Assembly: GCF_009914755.1 (NCBI RefSeq) | Contig: NC_060937.1 | Strand: one strand, 5' to 3' | From: the human T2T-CHM13v2.0 reference genome, Homo sapiens | Length of the DNA stretch: 64,000 nt | Part shown: positions 32,491-53,939 of the stretch, in pieces | Layout of the letters: the number at the start of each line of letters is the position of its first letter | Numbering within the stretch: the first letter of the stretch is position 1 | The notes under the pieces: generated by a model | Databases searched by the model: none | The model's input: the letters and a program-made list of their open reading frames with translations, nothing else | What the model was told of the DNA's origin: nothing | Made by a program: the position numbers and the translations under genes

Positions 32491-33054
32491 TATACAAAAC
32501 AGGATGTGAAGGAATGAGTTAAAAGTTTGGGTTGAAAAACAGAAGAATAATCATTGCAATAGAGAATTAAAACCAGAGGTGTAGTCCCCAAATTGTCACT
32601 AATGATTTCGTTTGGAGAGATTATGGGATGTACTTTCTTTTTCTGTTCTACATTTCTAAAATGTTTTAGTTTTTAAATAATAACCATGTATTACTTTTGA
32701 ATTGGAAAGAAATGGAAATGTTTTCAAATACGCATTCTCTTCATTCTCAGTATCTCCATTAAAGTTCTGATGATAATCTCTTCCCCAGACTCTTCCAAGC
32801 TGGAATCTCAGCCTCCCACCCCAAGCTATTTTCTATGTTGCCACCAGAACTCCTCATGTCTAGTCCCTGGATGACTCCATGTTGCCTACAGAATGACATT
32901 CAAACTCCCTAGTAGGACTTGGAAAGCTCTTCATCATCTGGTCTCAGTCTTTCCAACTTCATACGGCACCCTTCCCTCTGACTCACACAGAACTCTAGTC
33001 ACACCAGAATTCTTGTCATTCTCCAAACACATAAAATCTCTTATATACTTTCAC

Positions 33055-33242
33055 CTTTCTGTGGGCCGAAATGGCAATGAACAAGGTGATCTTAGATAGC
33101 ACATGCTGAAGATGACAGAACCCCCTGATGAACTAGAACATCTGCTCTGCACTATTACATGAGAAATATACTTATCTTGTTGTGGAGCCAATTCACTTTG
33201 GGGTCTATGTGTTATAGAAGCTTTGTATCCCCTAACTAATAG
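33055..33242 (+). mobile_element. MLT1 LTR 3' fragment
   Basis: TGAAGATGACAGAACC...TTTGGGGTCTATGTGTTATAG...CTAACTAATA. Confidence 0.55.
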
Positions 33243-33652
33243 ATGATACAAGGATCTTTCCCTTTCCAGAGCTGAAAGAAACAATTCTCCAGTAAAACAA
33301 TTATTTTGTACCCAAAACAAAAGTAATCATAGTACACTACTTTGCTCACTAGTGAATAATAACTGTGCAATCATAATAATCTAAATGTGATTATTAAAAT
33401 TTAAAATTATGATAAAGTTTATTAGGAAGATAAGGGAAAGGAAATAGAATAATGGTGGCAGTAAAAAGACTATCATCTAGTTTATCTTGTCAAAGATACT
33501 GCTTAAAATTGATAAGTGAAAAATTAGTATAAGCCCATTATTTGTAACACAGAGGTAAATATATGATGAAAACAATGATGAACAAATAAAAGAGATAAAA
33601 GTGGTTGTCTTTGGGTAATAGGACTGAAAAATAGAGAAGAAAGAGGCAAAGA

Positions 33653-33998
<346 letters not shown>

Positions 33999-34787
33999 TT
34001 AAACTATGTATTATTTTGATACAATTAAATATTTAAAATGTACAAGAGAGAAAATGAACACAGGTGAGATGGACTAGGTATGAAACAGCAGAATTGAAAA
34101 CAGGAATACAATAAAATAAAGAGACGTCCTGGTTTGAGATGGTGGAGTAGAAAGACAAGGGGAGGAAGAAGATGGTCTGCTGTCCTCAAGCTTTGCTACA
34201 CCTAGATCTCCAGTCTTTATGATTCAGAGTAGCCTCCAAATGCCCAAGAAACATTTATAAATAAGTATACATAAAAATAATAATCAGGGATTCTATCACC
34301 CACCTCGACTTCAGTTTTATGGCTTCCCTATAGACCCATATACATTCACCTTGGCAGATGCTAGCTACTGGAAAAACTCTCATACCTGTATTTCATTTCC
34401 CAGAACCAGAATATATATGTGTGTGCTTATGTGCGTGGTGAGGGCATTCAATCTCATGCAAGCAGGAAAAGGGTAAGTGGGCAGCTAGGAATAGGGCAGA
34501 TAGGGAAGCATAAGCAATACTGTAATAGGAAGAGACAGAAATAGCAGAAATGTGGAGGAAAGGAAGGCAGTAAATGGAAACATAACATTTAGAAACATTA
34601 AGGTGCAAAGAAAGGATTTTGCTGCAGTAATCATAGAGACAGATCTGGAGGGCTGACCTCACACATGACAAATACCTTTACTGCAGTTCCAAAAGGGAAC
34701 TCATCATATCTCAAATGAGACTAATGCTATGCACTTTTAACAACTATTAAAAACTTAGCCCTACTTGAAAGGAAGCCATGTACCTAC

Positions 34788-34906
34788 CCTTTGAGGAGCA
34801 TAAACAGGATATGAGGATGAGCACTAATATACTCCACAGTAGGACTCCGAGTGCCTATCTGTCTTCTCAAGATGTTGTTAAATATCTGGGTCACATCTTT
34901 TTTTCC
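34788..34906 (-). CDS. CAB39L: CAB39L coding exon ([40 protein letters not shown])
   Basis: Acceptor TTTAACAG|GGAAAA, donor AGG|GTAGGT; 119 nt, phase 0/2. Confidence 0.97.
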
Positions 34907-35683
34907 CTGTTAAAGAAACAAACAGAAATTAAATTGTACACTCTAAATGGATGAATTGTATAGTATGTGGAATATATACATACATATATACACACAGACA
35001 GAAATGGTACCATCCTTTCTAATATGCAAAAAAACGTTAACTTACTCTTCCCATAGACCCCTAACAAGCTGTGCTTGCAAACACAGTCTACAAAATGGAT
35101 GCAGCTCCTTGCCACAGGATGTGTGCTGGGGGAAATTTGACCAACGAGAAATCCATTTCCCACAGAGCATGGAAGGACATAAAGTGAATATGACAGAACT
35201 GAATTCTTTGTTTTTTCACTGTCTACCTTTATGCAAGAAAAAAATTATGATTATCATTTTTAAACCTTCATGAATAAGGAAGGAAAACAGAAGAAGAAAA
35301 TAAGATTTTAGTAAAATGTAGGTTAGAACCAAATTCCTTTTTCTTAGATCTACTTTCTAGTATTTTTTGCTTTCACGTTATCACTTTATTCACTGTTCTT
35401 CACCCTAGTGCCTTGACTTAAAAAATAAAGTGGGTTTTCCATTAGCTGGAAATATTTGATCTAGGTGATCATAACAAATCACATCTAGCCTAGAGGAACA
35501 GAAGAGATCACCGAATCAGTGAGACAGAGGAACCAGATATGCAATCATGGATAGGGCTTCTTAGAGTCCTCATGGACAAGACCTGCACTCTCATACACCT
35601 TACAACCTGTCTAGCCTGGTTTTCCAAAAGAAATCTTGGACTGGACCTGAGTTTACTATATGAAAAATAAGTACAAGAATGAC

Positions 35684-36060
35684 TGATATGGTTTGGCTCT
35701 GTGTCCTCACCCAGATCTCATTACGAATTGTAATCCCTATAATCCCTATGTGTGGAGGGCAGGACCTGGTGCGAGGTGATTGGATCATGGGGGTGGTTTC
35801 CCTCATGCTGTTCTCATGATAGTGAATCAGTTCTCACACGATCTGATGGTTTTATATGGGACTCTTTCCCCTTTGCTCATTCACTCTTCCTTCTCCTGCT
35901 GCCATGTGAAGGTCTGTGCCTGCTTCCCCTTCCGCCATGATTGTAAGTTTCCTGAGGCCTCCCCAGCAATGTGGAACTGTGACTCAATTAAACCCCTTTC
36001 CTTTTTAAATTACTCAGTCTCAAGTATTTCCTTATAGCAGTGTGAGAACATACTAATACA
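35684..36060 (+). mobile_element. THE1 (C/D-like) solo LTR, ERVL-MaLR
   Basis: TGATATGGTTTGGCTCTGTGTC...CTAATACA; 5-bp TSD ATGAC (35679-35683, 36061-36065). Confidence 0.93.
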
Positions 36061-36271
36061 ATGACATTGCATTCTCAATCAGTATGGCCCTAGTTCTGGC
36101 CTTCATCTCTCAACTAAACTATGAAAGAGCTTGCTTCAGTTACTGTCTCCACTTCAAAGCATCCTCACCCTGCAGAGTGAGCTAGCTAGAAATGCAAATA
36201 TGACCATGCCATCTCTCTCCTTAAACACTTCAACGTCTCCCTTTTGCTTAGAAAAAAGTCCAATACAAAAA

Positions 36272-36716
<445 letters not shown>

Positions 36717-37254
36717 CTAACTATCACTTCCAATTCCTACATCAAGTTCTATTAGTACCAAATTGCTGCACCACATATACACAACATTTTATGGTTCTAT
36801 ATCTTTGTTGATGCTCTTCCTTTTTTCATGAACTCTGTCATTCTTTAAGATTCAGTTCAGGAGTTTTCTCCCCTGGGATGAGTGCCCCTCTCTGTACTAC
36901 AACCATGTCCTTTGCCACATCGATCAGTACCTCCTCTTTCCCACTACCTCTACCTCCACCTTCACAGCAGCAAATACTTACTGAGTGCTTACTCTGTGCC
37001 AGGCACTTATGCTAAGAGCTTTACAGGTATTATCCAATTTTCACAACAACCTTATTTTTTTAAATTTCATATTCTTTTTGTTATTTTTTTTCTGGCATGC
37101 ATACAACCACCTTATAATATACATATTATAAAAAAGAAATTAAGGATTTATAATATATGTTTTATAAAATGTACAAATGTAAATATGTATATATACATAT
37201 TATAAATAAGGAAATTAAGGATTATTGAGATTGCCTAGATCTCACTGTCCTGTC

Positions 37255-42080
<4,826 letters not shown>

Positions 42081-42110
42081 ACAAGCAATCTAATTAGAAA
42101 ATGGATAAAA

Positions 42111-42260
42111 GGCTGGGTGGGGTGGCTCATGCCTATAATCCCAGGCAAGAAATTACTTTGGAAAGCTGAAGCAGGATTACTTGAGCCAGGAGTTTGAGAG
42201 TAGCCTGGGCAACATAGCAAGACCCCATCTCTACTTAAAAAATAAAATAAAAATAAACAA
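42111..42260 (+). mobile_element. Alu left monomer (FLAM-like)
   Basis: Left arm followed directly by an A-rich tail. Confidence 0.85.
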
Positions 42261-42264
42261 AACA

Positions 42265-42620
42265 GAGAAAATGGCTAAAAGACATGAAGACACATTTTAC
42301 CAAAGAGGATATACAGATGGCAACAAGCACATAAAAGACGTTCAACATTGTTAGCCATTAGGGAAATGAAAATCAAAACCACAATGAAATATTATTACAT
42401 GCCTATCAGAATGGCTAAAATAAAAAATAGCAACAACATCAAATGCTGGCAAGAATGAAGAGAAACTGTACTCATACATTGTAGTGGAAATGTAAAACAG
42501 TATAGCCAATCTGGAAAACACTTTAGCAGTTCCTGAAACAGCTAAACATGCAGCTAACCATAACAGCAATTGCGCTCTTGGCATCTATCACAGAGAAATG
42601 AAAACTATGTTCACACAAAA
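42265..42620 (+). mobile_element. L1M ORF2 3' fragment
   Basis: CATTAGGGAAATGAAAATCAAAACCACAATGA. Confidence 0.8.
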
Positions 42621-42693
42621 ACCAATTAGTAGGTGAATCTTCAATTTAAAAGAATACTCCAAAATCAGTTGCTCTCATAATTTTAAAACACTA

Positions 42694-43016
<323 letters not shown>

Positions 43017-44034
43017 GGTTGAATTACATAAATTTTATTTATACTGATGTTAAAGACTATATTTGCTGTATAAAAAAAGATATAGCTGTAAGCATAAATT
43101 GATTTTAAAATGAAAGAAATCATCTGTTTCGTTCAAACCTTTCTAGACCCTGCAGTGTAATATTGCAGAATAAATATCAACCCTCTTTGAAATGTCATAG
43201 GAACATGTTTTTCATACTTCCCAGTGAAATGTCACAAGAACATTCCATACAGCATTCCAGTAGAAATGAAGCTCTGCAGAACTCTATCCAACTTTTACAT
43301 AGAGGAAAACATTCTTCTAGTTCATTAGCAAATGTGTGCAAAGGCAAAGGAAGCCCCCTGTGGATAACAAAAGCAGGTTCTGCTACCAGGGACCGCTTCC
43401 CAAAACAGAGGAAAGGATTAGAATAGAAAGGATTACAGAACACTGAAACAGGTACAAGCTGGTGAATAATGATCTCTACATTACACGTTAATCTTTGTAG
43501 CTATCAATTTGTCATGCCAAATCTAACTGGAGTGAAACCTTAACTATTTCAAAACCAGTTTTTTGCAACCCGCAGGCTGCCAGATCTCAAGCCCTGGACT
43601 CAGAAGTGGCCAGAAAAAAAAGACAGAAAAACCCTAAAAATATATTTGATAATAAAGAAGCAACATCCAGAAATGGCCCAAAATGCCAAAAATTAGCTGG
43701 CAATTCTAAGGTTACATACAATGTAACCAATAAGATCCCAAACCTGAAGAAGCCCTTGTGTTTGCTGGCAAATTCAAAAAAGTCAGCTTTAACATGAAAT
43801 GCTCCATAATTATTTGCTGAATGAATGAATTATATATATGGAAGTATTAACTCAAATCAAATAAGAAAAGAGAAAAGGAGGGAAGAAAGAGGTGGTGAAC
43901 AGCAGTCACAGCAACCAGAATGATTGCTGAAAAAGAGCATCCCTCACAGATAGCATAGATGAGAAAAGGGAAATGAGAAAAGAAGGCGGAGACTAGAAAA
44001 CACCCACTTCAAAACACAAGCCATTGACTTTTAT

Positions 44035-45065
<1,031 letters not shown>

Positions 45066-46234
45066 TGAAAATTATAGCCAGTGAAGTCAGGGACTTCTCT
45101 ATTCTTGCTGGTGTGTTGCGGGGGAGTTGAGGTGGGTGGGAGCAAGTGGTTGTGCTGAATTTCAGTAGCAGAAGTGGATAGGCAGAACAGTCTACCGGGT
45201 GAGGGGTAGCCACTGAATGGATTAGTGAGGGATCTTGCTGGGGACTAAAATTCAAATTGGACTAATTTATAGATATTGGGAAAGATATAGGGAATGAAAC
45301 TACAAGCTAGCTCAAAGTTGCTCTCAAAAAAATTTAAATATATTAAATTTATATATTACATGAAATCCATCTGTGGGAATTTATATGGGAGATTATCTCC
45401 CCCACTGCCCCAATATCTTTGTCATTCTATTTTCTCTGCAGGCTGGCTTCTTCTGTTTCTTTAGTCCACATAGTGAAAAATACGACCACTGATGGAAAAA
45501 CTGCATTTACTATCTTTAGCACCTGGCTAAACACTGGGGTTCTGTCTCAGTTCTAGTTCCAGAATTCCTGCAGAAAGCCTCTGGCCCTCTTTTGGTCAGA
45601 TATCCACTTGCAGATCATTCAGCTTTGTGTTGTCCAGGGTGTCATATCACCCAAAATGGTTGTTCCCATGGTAACCATGTGAGTGGAGAAGGAGGGAGCA
45701 TTCCCCAGAAAGCAGAGGGAGTGGGCAGACACAACACTTTATACACAGCACAAGCAGTCTTCATCCTTATGCAGATTACATTCCTTAAAATGTCTGGTAC
45801 GATCAAACTAATGGTCACTGTCTTAATTTTATTACAAACAATTAACAGGTTTCACATCTAATTAAGAGCCTGATGCCAAATGCCATTTTTAATCACCCAT
45901 AAATTATATTCCTTTATAGGATAAAGGCCTTCTAAAGCTTATATTCATTAAGCTTTAGGGCAATAGGGTAATGATAACATAAAATGCCCTTTTCTATGAC
46001 ATAGTATTTCCCTACCTGAGATTGTAAATTCTTTAATTTGTCCAGTGAGGGGCACAAAATATATACACAATCAAATAAAATCAAGACCAAACATAATTAA
46101 ATAAAATCAATGGCTGACACGCATAGTAAGCATTTCAAATTGTTAAATGTATAATGTACAGTTAAAGCTGGTATTTTAAGGCTTTATGATTTCTGTTATA
46201 TTTTTACAGTAATAAAACCAAAGGTAAAGAGCCA

Positions 46235-46545
<311 letters not shown>

Positions 46546-46673
46546 AAGGGCCACTTTAATCAGGTCCAGGGAATAGAAAAAGATTATTAGAGGATAAACA
46601 TTTACAAAATGTAGGACTACAAAATGGCTTAATGAAAAGTGGAAAAGTTGATCCTGGAGTGTTTGTTTTGCTA

Positions 46674-46964
46674 TTTTTTTTTCTTTTGAGACAGGGTCTC
46701 ATTCTATTACCCAGGCTGGAGTGCAGTAGCACAATCTTGGCTCACTGTAGCCTCAACCACCTGGGCCCAGGTGATTCTTCCACCTTAGCCTCCTGAGTAG
46801 CTGGGACCACAGGCAGGCATACTCTGCTAATTTTTTTTATTTTTTGTAGAGACAGGGTTTTGCCATGTTGCCCAGGGGGGTCTCAAACTCCTGGGCTCAA
46901 GCAATCCTCCCACCTCAGTCTCCCAAAGTGCTGGGATTATAGGCGTGAGCCACTGCACTGGGCC
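46674..46964 (-). mobile_element. AluJ
   Basis: GGGCTCAAGCAATCCTCCC; TGTTTTGCTA on both flanks. Confidence 0.93.
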
Positions 46965-47724
46965 TGTTTTGCTAATTTTTTTTAATGTAGCGAGAAATAA
47001 TCATTAGGGATTAAGTTACCATAGAAGACAATTTTCTGCTTCTTTGAGCTGCTTATTCAGCCTGAACAGTTCACTTTGCATCCACCCTGGTTTTGCAAGG
47101 CACACCTGCCTTTAAAATGAATGTATCAGACCTTACAGGCAATACATTTTCCCTCCTTTGATCTCTTATCACGTTGTGTTTCAAAACATCAAAGAGTCTA
47201 AAGCTGTGTCTTGAATAGTAGCCAAACCTCAAAAAACACAGCTGAGTTTGATCCTGAGCCCATAAAAATCAGAAGCCTTGCAAACTCAGCCACAAATCAT
47301 TTTTTGAACCTCATAATAGTGTGCTGAAATGGTTCTTTTCTGTCTGCAATTTTAAGGCTTAAAGCATTAGATAAAAATTTATAGCTACATAATGAGATTT
47401 TTATTTAACCCAAAGGCCGACCTCCTAACTAGCCATTATTCACATGATGATAGCCGGATCCTCCAGTATTGTCCCTACCCCAGTGGGCCACTTTCCTCTA
47501 GATTCCTGACAGAGAAGTAGGTTTGTCAAAGATTCCTGAGTCAGTCCCTGCCATCCAGTTTAAGTCAGTGCTGCCAGCCACCATCACTGCTGTCAGCTCA
47601 GGGTTCCAAACCCCTGCTCCCAGCGCCCTTCAACCCCCATTCATTGCCTTGTTTCCTGCAACTGCTTATTTTTTCAGCACTCAGTTTACTCCAAGTGTAG
47701 AAAACCACCCCTTCTTCACTCAAC

Positions 47725-48044
47725 TTGTTTTTTGTTGTTGTTTTTGTTTTTGTTTTGTTTGGAGATGGAGTCTCGCTCTGTCGCCCAGTCTGGAGTTCAG
47801 TGGTGCAATCTCGGCTCACTGCAAGCTCCGCCTCCTGGGTTCACGCCATTCTCCTGCCTCAGCCTCCCTCCAGAGTAGCTGGGACTACAGGCGCCCGCCA
47901 CCACGCCCGGCTAATTTTTATATTTTTAGTAGAGATGAGGTTTCACCGTGTTAGCTAGGATGGTCTCGATCTCCTGACCTTGTGATCCACCCGCCTCGGC
48001 CTCCCAAAGTGCTGGGATTACAGGCATGAGCCACTGCGCCGGCC
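47725..48044 (-). mobile_element. AluY-like
   Basis: GCAAGCTCCGCC and TTCACGCCATTCTCC diagnostics. Confidence 0.94.
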
Positions 48045-50289
48045 TCAACATGTATTATTAGTACAAAGTTCCTTTACAAAGGTTTAAGGTGAACAAAGGA
48101 TAATCACAGCACAGTGCAGAAACACCTTCAAGCTGAAGTCTACAGATCACTTTTATGAAAGGTTCCTCAGTCTTCCTGATCATCTTTCTCCATGAACATC
48201 TTCCTTTTGTCATGGTTCTGGATACCTCTCTCTCCCTCCCTCCAAACCTTTCTCCTTTCTTCTATTTCCTACTCCTATCAACCTTGGCCAAAGAGGGCAT
48301 TTCTCAAATTTCTGTTATTTTTCTCTGCCAAGGAAATCTCAGCTTTTTTCTTTCAGTCTTTTCCTTACAGACATTGCCTAGAGACTTCAGCCTTTCAAAC
48401 TAACAAAAAAGCCAATCAAGGTATCTTCTAAACAAAAATTCACTTTTTTTCTCTGTAAGGAATGTGCCATTCTCCTAGGTTATCTGGCAAAAGCTGTAGT
48501 CCATCCTTAAAATAATAATTTTTCCTTTCTGTTATCAAAACATACCAGAAATTTTACAGTCAAATGACTGTTCTGCTATCCAAAGAAGCACCAGGAGAGG
48601 CTATTCACGTACTGAAATCATATAATCATCACCCCAAAGAGTTTGAATTATCTTCTAAACAATTTACTGATTCCTTCAGAAAAATGGCTCACTGGTATGT
48701 CCCAATACCTTCTTTTGGTCCAATTCTTTTACCTCTGCTTTGATATCTCATTCTCATTACTACATTCATTCAAACAATTCACAAATTAACATGCCACTAG
48801 GTGTGGCAAACACAGTCCTCGTACTCAAGGTAACACAGAAGTGGCTGTCCCCAGTGCAAGCCATGAACCAAGAGACATGGGGGTGGGGGTTCTGTGTCGT
48901 TGGAGTAAGTCTGAAGTCAGAAGGAATTTTATCAAGCTGTCAGTAGCTTACATAGATACTTTAGGCTTGAGAAGGAGAGTTGCTGCCTGCAGGCTGATCA
49001 TCCATGCCTCCAGTTCATAGAGATAACATAGTACATTTCTATAAGTAGGCTAATAATGCTAGGAATGCTGGCTGCCTCCTTCCTGAAAATACTGTATGTA
49101 GTTGGAATGCTTAAAATGGAACTGTACTAAACTTTCACTCCTTTTCATTCATTCATTTATTCATTCAACCAGGAAGTATATATTTTTCTACAGGCTAGAG
49201 AAGGATAACGGCTGCATCTATGGAGTATCACATTCACTTATAATTATGTTCTAGGTATGTGTCACGTCAATTGAATAAATAAAGTTAAGAATTGCCTATC
49301 TTATTATCACAATAACAAATCTTCATAATAGTTTTGAATCATCAGTTTAAAAACGTATTATATCTAGTATTTTATTCTGGAGGGAAGGCAAGTATATAAT
49401 ACATTTTATTTTAAAAATTAAAGTAATCCACAAGAGTAATCAATTTAACTCTGCATTTGAAGGCTTAATCTTCAGCTATATGGAAAATTCAAATGTTCAG
49501 AAAGATACTTCTTTTCTCCAAGGATTCCAGAGAATAAAAGTTTACTTGATAAAAATGTACAAGTCTATTTTAGGCAATTAAATGTCTTAATTCCAAAATA
49601 ATTTTTAAATGAACTTCTTCTCAAAATTTTTAATTTATATTTGATGTGCCACATAAAAGAAGGGGAACTTGCATAACTGTTTCTTACATTCCACTTTTGT
49701 TATCTGAGCCAATGCCAAAGAAAGTTATAAGGCACCCAAAGTTTTTCTTTGGTATACTCCTCCCTAACTCCCCAATTCTTGGAAAGCACTTTGAACCTAT
49801 GAGGTTCTGTGGCTGCTCAAAGCTTCTACAGGTCACTGAACCTGACGACATCTCATCCCTGACTCATTCTTCAAAACATAACCATCCTTAGTCATATTCC
49901 TTCTAGCACTCCACTGCAAATTGGGTTAATCTCATAAACTAACTCAAGCGTACTTATGAATTAATGACGACAGTAGCTTAATATGCTGCTGTTCTCAGAG
50001 AAACAAGCAAAACAACAGAAAATTTATAAAACTATACTACTATAAGAATAGGGAATCATTTTCCTATTTATGGTCACTGACCAACTAAATCTAAAAAAAA
50101 TCAAGGGTTATAACAAAAACAAACCAGCTTACACTTAACTTTAGTTCCTGAGTTTGAGAAAAAGAGGAAATGAAAAAATACTACTACTTGACATTTGTAT
50201 ACAGTTTGCATTTATATTTAGTGTCCCTATATAACACAACATATATATGTATATATTTTTATTTAGTTTAATATTTAAAACAATGCAGT

Positions 50290-50425
50290 AAGTTCGTATT
50301 ATTCCTATTTTATAGATGAGAAAACTTAAGCTCAAAGAGGTTAAGTTACTGACCATGAAAGAGCAGAGCTGGGACTCTAAACAATTCTAATTCCGAGTCA
50401 AGTGTGTTTTTCACTATGCCACAGC
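50290..50425 (-). mobile_element. MIR
   Basis: ATTTTATAGATGAGAAAACT...AGAGGTTAAGT. Confidence 0.75.
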
Positions 50426-50599
50426 TTCTACAAGTGTTCATAATACCTAATTTTAAACTAAATAAAAGAAACAGAAAAGTATATACATACAGTAAGACTA
50501 TACTTTAATTTCACATATAGCTGATTTTAAATCTAAGATGGAGACCTAAGATGGAGAGGGAGAGTAAGCAAGCCAAGCAAGAGGAAAAAGAAAAAGATT

Positions 50600-50888
50600 C
50601 TGAGCAAACTGTCGCAAAGACAAAAAACCAAACACTGCATGTTCTCATTCATAGGTGGGAATTGAACAATGAGAACACTGGGACACAGGAAGGGGAAAAT
50701 CACACACCGGGGCCTGTTGTGGGGTCGGGGGAGCGGGGAGGGATAGCATAAGGAGATATACCTAATGTAAATGACGAGTTAATGGGTACAGCACACCAAC
50801 ATGGCACATGTATACATATGTAACAAACCTTCACGTTGTGCACATGTACCCTAGAACCTAAAGTATAATTTAAAAAAATTGAAAAAAA
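50600..50888 (+). mobile_element. 5'-truncated L1PA (PA4-6-like) 3' end
   Basis: ATAGGTGGGAATTGAACAATGAG...TGTACCCTAGAAC; TSD AAAAAGAAAAAGATT (50585-50599, 50889-50903). Confidence 0.9.
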
Positions 50889-51599
50889 AAAAAGAAAAAG
50901 ATTATGGGTCAGAAAATGCCAAAGGCAGAGAAAGAGATAGAATAAGGAAGGGAAAGAAAGAAAAAGACAGCTGTAACTGAAAGGATGAGCTGAAGTCTGG
51001 GCCCTTCGGGGTCCCCACTTGGTCTTGCTTCTAGCCACAACTGGACTGCACGCCTCCTGGCTCTGCACTCCTCCTCCTCTGCTTCGGCTGCTAAAATCTT
51101 CCCTGGTCTAACTTGTGCAGAGAGCTGTAGGCTACTACTTCCACAGATCCCCAAAGCCCTGACCTGATCTTGGTCTAATCACAGTAATCACTGTCATTAG
51201 TTTTCCTTCCACTTATTCAGTGAACAAAACTAAAAGCTATTCACTTTGCATATCTCCTCTATCTCTGAGAATGAATGGAGACCCAAGTACCTACCTGATA
51301 CGAACAAAATTTGTATTATGATAGAAACAAAGCAACAAAGCCAAACCAGGACTTCTGTCGCCTCAACAGTCAATGCCCAAACTTGTCTATGTATCCATTT
51401 CTCACTGAAAAATCACCACCTCTGAGTTACACAATAGATAATAAAATGACTAGACATATTCACCACTTACATTTCTAAGCTTTTGTTTTAGTCAGTCAGT
51501 TTATTATTTAGGTAAATTAGGTATAATTGCCTTCAAAAGGAGATAAGTATATTACTAGCACTTAACACATTTCTTAAATCATTGGTATAATATGTTCAT

Positions 51600-51810
51600 T
51601 AAAAGAACTGTCTGAATTTGAAGCTCTGAAGTAAGTGAGTGACTTTGGGCAAATTACTTAATATCTTTGAACTTTAGGTTCTTCATCTATAACATGGGGC
51701 TAATAATACAGTATTAAACACAAAGGTAGTTTTAAGAATTCAACGAGTTGAATGCTTGAAACTGTACCTGGCATATAGCAAGCATTCAACAAATGTTACT
51801 TCTTATTATT
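51600..51810 (+). mobile_element. MIR
   Basis: GACTTTGGGCAAATTACTTAA...CCTGGCATATAG...AAATGTTA. Confidence 0.8.
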
Positions 51811-51967
51811 ACTTCTATTAACCGTTATCTTTGCTACCTAGCTGCATAAAACTTAACTATAGTTTGGCTTTTTGCTTTTGTAAAAAATAGATTAATTGTA
51901 GACATTTTAGAAAAAACTTTAAAAAATAACACATGGAAAGCCATAATGAAAAGCAAAAGTTGAATAG

Positions 51968-52013
<46 letters not shown>
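51968..52013. repeat. (TAGA)11 tetranucleotide STR
   Basis: Direct read, perfect repeat. Confidence 0.95.
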
Positions 52014-52058
52014 TTAAAATTGAAAAGCACCACTGACATCCTTTTACAGCTGGCTTAC

Positions 52059-52223
52059 CTCAAAGTCTATCAGCTGCAGGTCAGCTATCAGTGTCACCAG
52101 CAGGCCACTGCTGTAGAGTTCTTGTGCTAGCTGAGCCACTGCTTCTGTCGGGGGTTCTTTCTCGTTTGTACCACACAGAATTTCTTTCATTGCTTGCAGT
52201 GATTTAGACACTTCTTCTGAAGC
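52059..52223 (-). CDS. CAB39L: CAB39L coding exon, codons 38-92 (ASEEVSKS...QLIDFE)
   Basis: Acceptor CACTAG|GCTTCA, donor GAG|GTAAGC; 165 nt, phase 0/0. Confidence 0.97.
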
Positions 52224-52473
52224 CTAGTGACCAAAACGTATGCTAACGGTTAAAAGAATAAAAATTTTTAGGCCATAAACAAACAAACAAATAATCCAAA
52301 AAACCACTTCTTGGTCTTGGGCTCTGTTTATTTATAATGAATGGTACAGTTACAAACAAACAAAAACAGTAAGCACTGCCTTTTTTATTTTGGAAAATAT
52401 TATAAGTATTATAAAATTTATTTATATAAAACAGCTCTTTGGTATTTCTACTTAGTCAACATACATTAAATAA

Positions 52474-52770
<297 letters not shown>

Positions 52771-53074
52771 AGTAATCTTTTAAACCACACTCATTGTCTA
52801 ATTTTGCTAGCAATTCAATATAAACTTTATGCTTGAAAATTAAATTGATTCCATTTTGAAGACTTATCAGTAGCTACTGATCTTTATTTAAAGCATTGTG
52901 TTAAGGTTTTTCAACAAATCCCTATTCCTCTGATTTTCGAATGGTCCAAGTATAAGATTGTAAATTGTCAAAACTCATAAGCTTTCTTTGTCAATCCATT
53001 TATTCCTCACACAGAATCACTGTCTTTTTTGCTATCTATGAAACTTTAAAAAACTCACTATATTTTAAAGAATA

Positions 53075-53315
53075 CTAGGCAAATCCATAGAGGCAGAAAG
53101 TACATAGATTAGTAGGTATTAGGGCCTGGGGGAGAGGGAAATAAGTAATGACTACTAATGGCTCCAGGGTTTCTTTTGGGAGTGATGAAAATGTTCTAGA
53201 ATTAGATAGCGGTGAGTTGCAAAACTTTGTGAATGTACTAAAAACCAATGAATTGTACACTTTAAATAGTGAATTATATGGTATGTTAATTTTTAATATC
53301 TCAATTTAAAAATCT
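53075..53315 (+). mobile_element. L1MB/MC 3' fragment
   Basis: GGCAAATCCATAGAG...GATGAAAATGTTCTAGAATTAGATAG. Confidence 0.8.
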
Positions 53316-53485
53316 TTAAAATTAATATAGGTAGGAAAGGAGAGCAGATTAATTTAGTTAACAATTTGTCTGAATATTTTAAAGAAATATACTTTCATTA
53401 CTTTTAAGTATAATATTGTAATCATTATAAATGAAGAAGGAAATGAGTAGAATAAGGCAAATTACATAAAAATAACTCATGGTAG

Positions 53486-53891
<406 letters not shown>

Positions 53892-53939
53892 TAATAGCCT
53901 GACTGAAGCAATCCTTAATGTACTAAAGACCGGAAGCAT

